Assembly (NCBI GenBank): GCA_964605145.1
Contig: CAZSBG010000015.1
Span: 373 to 64,372, forward strand
Reading direction: 5' to 3'
DNA from: an uncultured Cytophagia bacterium
Lineage (GTDB): Bacteria; Zhuqueibacterota; Zhuqueibacteria; Thermofontimicrobiales; Thermofontimicrobiaceae
Length of the DNA stretch: 64,000 bases
Made by a program: the position numbers and the translations under genes. Shown here in pieces: positions 58,209 to 64,000 of the stretch. Each line of letters starts with the position of its first letter. The first letter of the stretch is position 1. The notes beneath the pieces are model-generated. The model did no database searches. It worked only from the letters and a program-made list of their open reading frames with translations, and was not told the DNA's origin.

Positions 58209-59261
58209 TCAAACGTTTCCCAACTCAAGAAAATCAAGAAGCGAGACGCCGGATTTCAAAATCAATGGCGCTATGAATGGTTCGCCATTTGGCGTAGCCT
58301 GCGTGATGACAAGCATTGCACTGATGGGATGCTCAAGTGAGAGTTCCCGCAAGAACTGGTGGTACACGTTTTCCCCGGTTCCACGGCCCAGCAGTGTCTT
58401 CTGCACATTGAAATAATCAACCTCGGTTTTGGCCTCAGACAATTTTTCCACAGCGCTGGCGTAATTATCCACAAATTGTTTATATCTTTCCTCACCATTG
58501 GAATATTTTATCGCCAAATACCGCAGAAACATTTTTCGCACTTTTCCGCTGGGCAGCGCCTGGGTCATCTTGTCAGCAATCTGCTTGTCATCGAACAGAA
58601 AATGAATAGAAAAATCCACCAGTTCCTTTAACAAATTCAGCTCCACATATTTGGTGAATTTTCGCATTGCCTCTGAATCTTTGTAATGGAGATTTTCACC
58701 CAGGTATTGAAATTGACCGCCAAACGGTTTTTTCAATCTTGCAGCCATGTACGCCAGATCAGCCGCTTGAGAGACCTTCTGATCAACCTCGACCATATCG
58801 CCGGAACCAGGATCGCTCACTTCTTTCGATTTCAACAATTCCACGGATTTAGCGACAGATTCATTGACCTTTTTATCCAATTCCTTGATCGCGATTAGCG
58901 CCGAATAGGCATCTTTATAGTGTCCAACACCGATTGCCCGATCACCAAAATCTGAGAGAAACTGATTCGGCAACGGGGACAATTCATCTTGAATTTGCTG
59001 CCCATATTTATCATTGATTTCCTGATAGATGGATTCCAATTCCTTCCGTTGTTCATCGGTCAATTTTTCAAAATCGATCCAGTTACGCTCGGCAAATTTT
59101 CGAAGCGCCGCAATGTCTTTCTTCTTAACTGAAAGATACACCGATGAACTGGTATTCATCATGTGAAATAGAATGGAGTAATCACTATAAAAATACGACA
59201 GGCTCAACAAATGTATAATCAAATCATGGGAATTTTCAATTGAATAAAAATCGGTCTGCAA
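58209..59261 (-). CDS. Hypothetical mostly helical cytoplasmic protein
   Basis: 350-aa ORF, GGAGG RBS before TTG, own promoter upstream; no family recognised. Confidence 0.65.
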   Translation of the reverse strand: MQTDFYSIENSHDLIIHLLSLSYFYSDYSILFHMMNTSSSVYLSVKKKDIAALRKFAERNWIDFEKLTDEQRKELESIYQEINDKYGQQIQDELSPLPNQFLSDFGDRAIGVGHYKDAYSALIAIKELDKKVNESVAKSVELLKSKEVSDPGSGDMVEVDQKVSQAADLAYMAARLKKPFGGQFQYLGENLHYKDSEAMRKFTKYVELNLLKELVDFSIHFLFDDKQIADKMTQALPSGKVRKMFLRYLAIKYSNGEERYKQFVDNYASAVEKLSEAKTEVDYFNVQKTLLGRGTGENVYHQFLRELSLEHPISAMLVITQATPNGEPFIAPLILKSGVSLLDFLELGNV

Positions 59262-59323
59262 AACAAACCCTCCGGCAAGTTTTTGAATGTAACTATTTTA
59301 GTGAATTCTGAAAAAGAAGTTAA

Positions 59324-59352
59324 AATATAGCATAAATAGGGGTAATAGTCAA
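59324..59352 (-). promoter_or_regulatory. Sigma-70-type promoter for 58209..59261
   Basis: TTGACT-N17-TATATT on the minus strand. Confidence 0.55.
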
Positions 59353-59420
59353 GGGAAAATTGGGGGGAGAGGCATCAAAGTGAATACTTCCTGATTAAGA
59401 TTTTAGGTATAATTTGCATT

Positions 59421-59828
59421 TTATTCTACAATATTTTCTATTTCCTTTTCCATAAACTTCAACAAGTAATTGAAAAGACGCGTATACTGATTTCTTATTT
59501 TATTAAAAATTTCTTTTGCAGCATCCTCATCATAAATATGAGAAGTACGATTTCGATCCATAAGCATATCAATCCAAAGCTCCCCGTTTTCGATCATTTT
59601 TATTTTGAAGGCTTCCTTGATTGCCTGTCTGGGACTGTTCGCCTCGATTCCCTGAAAATTTAAATAGCTTTTCATCAATTTCCAACTCAACTCGAATGTA
59701 AATTCAAATCTTTGAATAACCGCATCCACTAACATATCTTCCCGAATATTGGAATATATCCCCTCATTTAATCTTTCATAGGCATGAGAGAAATCAGTAA
59801 ACAACTCAACGATTCTACTTTTTTTCAT
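59421..59828 (-). CDS. HI0074-family nucleotidyltransferase substrate-binding (HEPN) protein
   Basis: DAVIQRFEFTFELSWK, SPR and RNRTSHIYD (RX4H). Confidence 0.9.
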   Translation of the reverse strand: MKKSRIVELFTDFSHAYERLNEGIYSNIREDMLVDAVIQRFEFTFELSWKLMKSYLNFQGIEANSPRQAIKEAFKIKMIENGELWIDMLMDRNRTSHIYDEDAAKEIFNKIRNQYTRLFNYLLKFMEKEIENIVE

Positions 59829-60111
59829 AAATCACTACTCCATTGTCAACATGTTTTTTTAATTCAGCTTTTCGAATGTCCTGGTACAATAAAACATCAA
59901 ATTTCTGAGGAGTGTGAATATTCTCCTCCAATTGATCATGAATTAAATTGATATCCGTCGAAGTTAAATTCTCACCATAAATTGCCAAATCAATATCCGA
60001 TGTTTCCGAATAGCGATTCGTTGCCCTTGAGCCAAACAACATCACTTTTTCAACCGATTTCAATTCAGAAAATACATTTATGATTTGTTCGCGGATTGAA
60101 TTAGGTAACAT
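59815..60111 (-). CDS. Minimal nucleotidyltransferase (MNT/HI0073-like)
   Basis: LFGSRA...SDIDLAI. Confidence 0.9.
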   Translation of the reverse strand: MLPNSIREQIINVFSELKSVEKVMLFGSRATNRYSETSDIDLAIYGENLTSTDINLIHDQLEENIHTPQKFDVLLYQDIRKAELKKHVDNGVVIYEKK

Positions 60112-60146
60112 TTACATTCTCAATATATTTGTTTTCTTTTATAATA

Positions 60147-60192
60147 ATTTTACTACAATCATTATTAAATGTCAAGAGAAAAATTTCTTGAC
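60147..60192 (-). promoter_or_regulatory. Sigma-70 promoter with overlapping palindromic operator for the MNT-HEPN pair
   Basis: TTGACA-N17-TAAAAT (60175 to 60147); GTCAAGA-N8-TCTTGAC inverted repeat over the -35. Confidence 0.6.
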
Positions 60193-60214
60193 TGGCATAA
60201 TTTGTTGAAAAATA

Positions 60215-60247
60215 AAATGGCTATACCTGATGTTGGGATAGCCATTT
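60215..60247 (-). terminator. Hairpin terminator downstream of the large secreted protein gene
   Basis: AAATGGCTAT...ATAGCCATTT stem, followed by a T-rich tail on the minus strand. Confidence 0.6.
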
Positions 60248-60319
60248 CGCTCAAGATGTTACGTTTTTTTGAAATTAAACGTATCATATTCAACAGGTGT
60301 AATATTTTTTTTAGAAATA

Positions 60320-63300
60320 TCACTTCGCAAAAATTAACTTTCTATTCAATACATGCTTACCCGCAGTCATTCGGCAAATATAAATCCCGCTGCTCACACG
60401 CTGGTATTGTTTATCCTCGGCATTCCAATTCACTGAATGCGTTCCTGTTTCTTGTACACTATTTATTAAAGTTTTCACCCTTCTTCCCGTCAAATCGAAT
60501 ATTTCGATTTTTACATTGCTTTGTTCGGGCAGGTCATAAGTAACAGTGGTTGTTGGATTGAAGGGATTAGGATAATTTTGAGACAGCGAAAAAGAATGAG
60601 GTTTTTTGTTTTCAGAATAATTGATAATGTTTGATTTACTATTATCATAAAGATTTTTTACTTCACTAGCTGACAAAGTCCTATTATAAATTCTGATATC
60701 ATCAATCTTCCCTTTAAGCGATCGATTCAAACTATTTACAATACCATAATTATCGTGATAAGTACCTACCATTAAATAATCAGAATCATCAATATGGTAA
60801 CCAGAATAATTATTACTATTGTCATAATTTCCGTTAACATAAACTGTATTTGTAGTCTGCGATCTTACAAAAACAACATGATACCATCTCGATTTTGAAA
60901 AAGGAATTGAAGTAATTAAGTCTGAAGAGGATGAAGAACTTGTTCCGAAAGTATTTCTGATATAATTGGTATTATCTCGCGTAATGATATCTCTCTGCCA
61001 TCCTGTATCGTGTGCTTTGCTTAGCAAGTAGTCTTGATTTTTGTTGTCTGTACCAGGCGAATACTCAACATCAAAGTAGACCCAAAAAGAGATGGACTGA
61101 ACTTGATTTATAATTCTACTGCTTCCAGGTAATTCTATATAATCACGATTACCATCAAAATGATAGGCACTATTAGAATCTCCAAAACGATCTTGAGACA
61201 TAGATGCACCGACTACATTTCCATGAAAACCATTACCGCTTTCGTCATCAGCATTTCCTGAAAAGGAATAAAAAGCGACTAATCCTTGATTCCCCTGGGA
61301 ATTGCCTACCCATTGGCATACGGCTTTAAATAACTCAAATGTATTCGAATTATAGGAAGCATAGCCAGCCCAAAAGGCAATGCGTCCGCTTTGATATTGC
61401 CGAATAAAACTGTGAATGTTGCCGCTCCCATAATCCCATTCCGTAAGAACCGTTGCATCAGCAATAACATTTTTAACAGCCGCACCTCCCCAACCAGTAC
61501 ATTCTTCGATAATATCATTTTTTTCAACTGATGTTCCCAATGGATTATCAAAAACCGCTTTGGCATAACTTGCCCCCACATTACTATATTGAGAAGTGCC
61601 GAACCATTCAGAAATACAAGTTGTGTTGTAGCCACCGCCACAAATTATTGAAGGAGCTCCGCCAATTAAAACTATACCACCGCCATTTTTAATATAATTT
61701 TCCAATTTTGCAGATAATGAAGAACCATCGCCATCATAGTCATGAACTAAAAGTAGATCATAATCAGAAAAATCGGAAGGGATTGCTGAAGCCTTAGTTA
61801 TGTTGTAATTTAAATTTTCCAAAACAGATTCGATTGCAGAATCATAGTATTTTGCCAAATAAAAACATTCATTAGATAAATTATTATCTGATTTAACAAT
61901 TAGAGTCAAATTAAGATATTGAGGACTATTACCCGCATTCGCTGAACTTATTGTTATAGTGGCATTATAATTACCTTCAGATAGATTTGCAGTATTATAA
62001 TTAACGGTAACTTGATCCTGTTCACCTGTAGAATTCCCACTCGAAGGAGAGCAATTTAGCCAATTTCTATTGTCGCTAATGGAGTAGGATAATGTGCCAT
62101 TGCCTGAATTCCAAACCTTGAAAATTTGACTTGAAGCATCGGTTCCAGTAGTGATTGTTTGGGAAAGTGAAACCGGGCTGTATCCAATTTCAGAATTTTG
62201 GGCTTCACTAACGCTTAGATCAATTGAGATTGTTTGAGGACTATTACTCGCATTTGAAGAGCCTATTGTTATCGTCGCGTTATAATTACCTTCAGAAAGA
62301 TCGGTAGTATTATAATTAACAGTGATTTGATTCTGTTCTCCAGTTGAACTTCCACTGGAAGGAGAACAATACAACCAATTGGAATTGTCACTAATTGAGT
62401 AAGAAAGTGTCCCATCACCTGAATTCCAAATCTTAAAATATTGAGTCGAGGCATTCGTTCCCTCAGTGCAAGTTTGTGATAAACTTGTCAGGTTCAATGC
62501 GATCTCTGGTGTAGTAATCTGTTGTTCAGTTAATTTTGCAAGAAATATATCAGGCTTGCTATCACCCTGACTCGTCAATGAAAATGGCTCGAAAGTGGCA
62601 TAGCCACGGAATCTCCCGGTAACATAAATTTCACCCGAATTTGTTACAACAACACCCTCACCACAATCATAGCCACCGGATGGACTGCCAGCTTTTTTTA
62701 CCCACTGTACATCACCATCTAAATTATATTTGGCAATAAATATTCGATCATCATCATTTCCATGAAAAATAATTGGATCAAATCTCGCTTCGTCCTCAAA
62801 ATAACCTGTTAAATAAATGTTACCCTGCGAGTCTGTGGTTATCGCTTTACCTACATCATTTTCACTATTTGCACCAGCTTGTTTAATCCAAATCACATTT
62901 CCATATCTGTTATATTTCGCTATAAAGATATCCATTAAACCATAGCTAGTAATGCTTTTTGAATCAAAATATGCTGTCAAACCAAAATCACCTGTGATAA
63001 TTAAATTTCCATAATCATCTGTTGCTATTCCATAAGCATAAACAGAAGAACCATTTCCTCCAGCACTTTTTGCCCATTTGAAATTACCATTAGAGTTATA
63101 TTGAACAATAAAAATATTATGATTCCCCCAACCACAATTAAACTGATTATTGCCAAACCTCGTAGATTCCTCAAAATGGCCTGTAATAGAAATGTTATTT
63201 GAATTATCTATGGTTATTGCACTGATAATATCCTTATGTTCCCCACCGTCACTTATTGCCCAAACCACAGCTCCAGAGGAGTTAAATTTTGCAATTAAGA

Positions 63301-63934
63301 TATCTTTGTACCCTTCACTCAACAAGTTAAAGGAGCCAACTTTAGCTGTATTGCGAAAATTACCGCACACATATATATTCCCAGAATTATCTACGGTTAA
63401 ACAACATGGATCTGCAGACCATCCTGAACTTGCACTCTTGAATTCTCCTTCAATTTGTTTTGCCCATTTTACATTACCGGATGCATCCATTTTCAGTAGA
63501 AAAAGATCCGTATAAGTCGCTGAAAACGAACAAGAACCAAAGGTAATCGATTCAGCAAAATATCCTGAAATATAAATATTTCCGAATCTATCGGTAGCAA
63601 CGGATGTTCCTCCATTATAATCCTGTACACCAAAGTTTTTTGCCCAAATTATATTCCCTGAAGCATCATATTTCGCAACAAAAATATCAGTAGTACCATT
63701 GGCAATTAAGTTCACTGAGCCGAAACTGGCAGAACCATAAAAATATCCGGTAATGATAACATTCCCTGAAGGATCTGCTGCAACGGCATACGATTTTTCT
63801 GTTGATGTTCCCCCTGCTTGCCGGACCCAGTCAAAATTGGGCTCATCGGCTTTTACATAGTTAACAGAAAGGAGAGTAAAACATGCAAATAAAACTGTTT
63901 GTATTAATCTTTTTCTAGTTTGGAAATGTTTCAT
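60320..63934 (-). CDS. Large secreted protein: SBBP beta-propeller, two BACON-like Ig repeats, GATase-like domain, LamG/concanavalin domain and T9SS/FlgD-like CTD
   Basis: Repeats DxxGNIYITGYF...DIFIAKY, duplicated IWNSGDGTLSYSISD, GKIDDIRIYNRTLS and QNYPNPFNP. Confidence 0.85.
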   Translation of the reverse strand: MKHFQTRKRLIQTVLFACFTLLSVNYVKADEPNFDWVRQAGGTSTEKSYAVAADPSGNVIITGYFYGSASFGSVNLIANGTTDIFVAKYDASGNIIWAKNFGVQDYNGGTSVATDRFGNIYISGYFAESITFGSCSFSATYTDLFLLKMDASGNVKWAKQIEGEFKSASSGWSADPCCLTVDNSGNIYVCGNFRNTAKVGSFNLLSEGYKDILIAKFNSSGAVVWAISDGGEHKDIISAITIDNSNNISITGHFEESTRFGNNQFNCGWGNHNIFIVQYNSNGNFKWAKSAGGNGSSVYAYGIATDDYGNLIITGDFGLTAYFDSKSITSYGLMDIFIAKYNRYGNVIWIKQAGANSENDVGKAITTDSQGNIYLTGYFEDEARFDPIIFHGNDDDRIFIAKYNLDGDVQWVKKAGSPSGGYDCGEGVVVTNSGEIYVTGRFRGYATFEPFSLTSQGDSKPDIFLAKLTEQQITTPEIALNLTSLSQTCTEGTNASTQYFKIWNSGDGTLSYSISDNSNWLYCSPSSGSSTGEQNQITVNYNTTDLSEGNYNATITIGSSNASNSPQTISIDLSVSEAQNSEIGYSPVSLSQTITTGTDASSQIFKVWNSGNGTLSYSISDNRNWLNCSPSSGNSTGEQDQVTVNYNTANLSEGNYNATITISSANAGNSPQYLNLTLIVKSDNNLSNECFYLAKYYDSAIESVLENLNYNITKASAIPSDFSDYDLLLVHDYDGDGSSLSAKLENYIKNGGGIVLIGGAPSIICGGGYNTTCISEWFGTSQYSNVGASYAKAVFDNPLGTSVEKNDIIEECTGWGGAAVKNVIADATVLTEWDYGSGNIHSFIRQYQSGRIAFWAGYASYNSNTFELFKAVCQWVGNSQGNQGLVAFYSFSGNADDESGNGFHGNVVGASMSQDRFGDSNSAYHFDGNRDYIELPGSSRIINQVQSISFWVYFDVEYSPGTDNKNQDYLLSKAHDTGWQRDIITRDNTNYIRNTFGTSSSSSSDLITSIPFSKSRWYHVVFVRSQTTNTVYVNGNYDNSNNYSGYHIDDSDYLMVGTYHDNYGIVNSLNRSLKGKIDDIRIYNRTLSASEVKNLYDNSKSNIINYSENKKPHSFSLSQNYPNPFNPTTTVTYDLPEQSNVKIEIFDLTGRRVKTLINSVQETGTHSVNWNAEDKQYQRVSSGIYICRMTAGKHVLNRKLIFAK

Positions 63935-64000
63935 GTTTAGCTCCACTATTTGAATCATTATAAGATTTTATTAATTATAGATACATAATAATAGAAACCT

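Overview
A 64-kb bacterial genomic window with about 50 genes. The repeated 'QNYPNPFN...WDG...SGVY' C-terminal sorting domains suggest an FCB-group organism (KSB1/Calditrichota-like; inference). Left half, mostly on the minus strand: a lipB-pdhABC-lpdA 2-oxoacid dehydrogenase operon with a TonB-dependent receptor embedded in it, a propeller-sensor/PP2C phosphatase, msrBA, pirin, an aldo-keto reductase, a decayed IscR-like/suf locus and several PLP enzymes. Middle: two aconitase-family LeuC/LeuD-type systems (one fused), a C69 peptidase, a GH13 amylase and a tandem M14 peptidase pair, one of which looks catalytically dead. Four nucleotidyltransferase/HEPN-type toxin-antitoxin pairs are scattered through the window. 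Two features stand out. (1) A 10.3-kb operon (41.8-52.1 kb) combining a PorP/SprF-like T9SS barrel, a VWA protein with a type-B-like CTD, a type-A-like CTD protein, an ExbB plus two ExbD proton-motor subunits, a TonB-like anchor and a TPR lipoprotein, behind a candidate sigma-54 promoter. This is a candidate PMF-driven surface-display or motility machine. (2) A 164-bp TA-flanked MITE family with three copies, each inserted in coding sequence and co-oriented with its host gene. No rRNA, tRNA or CRISPR array was seen.
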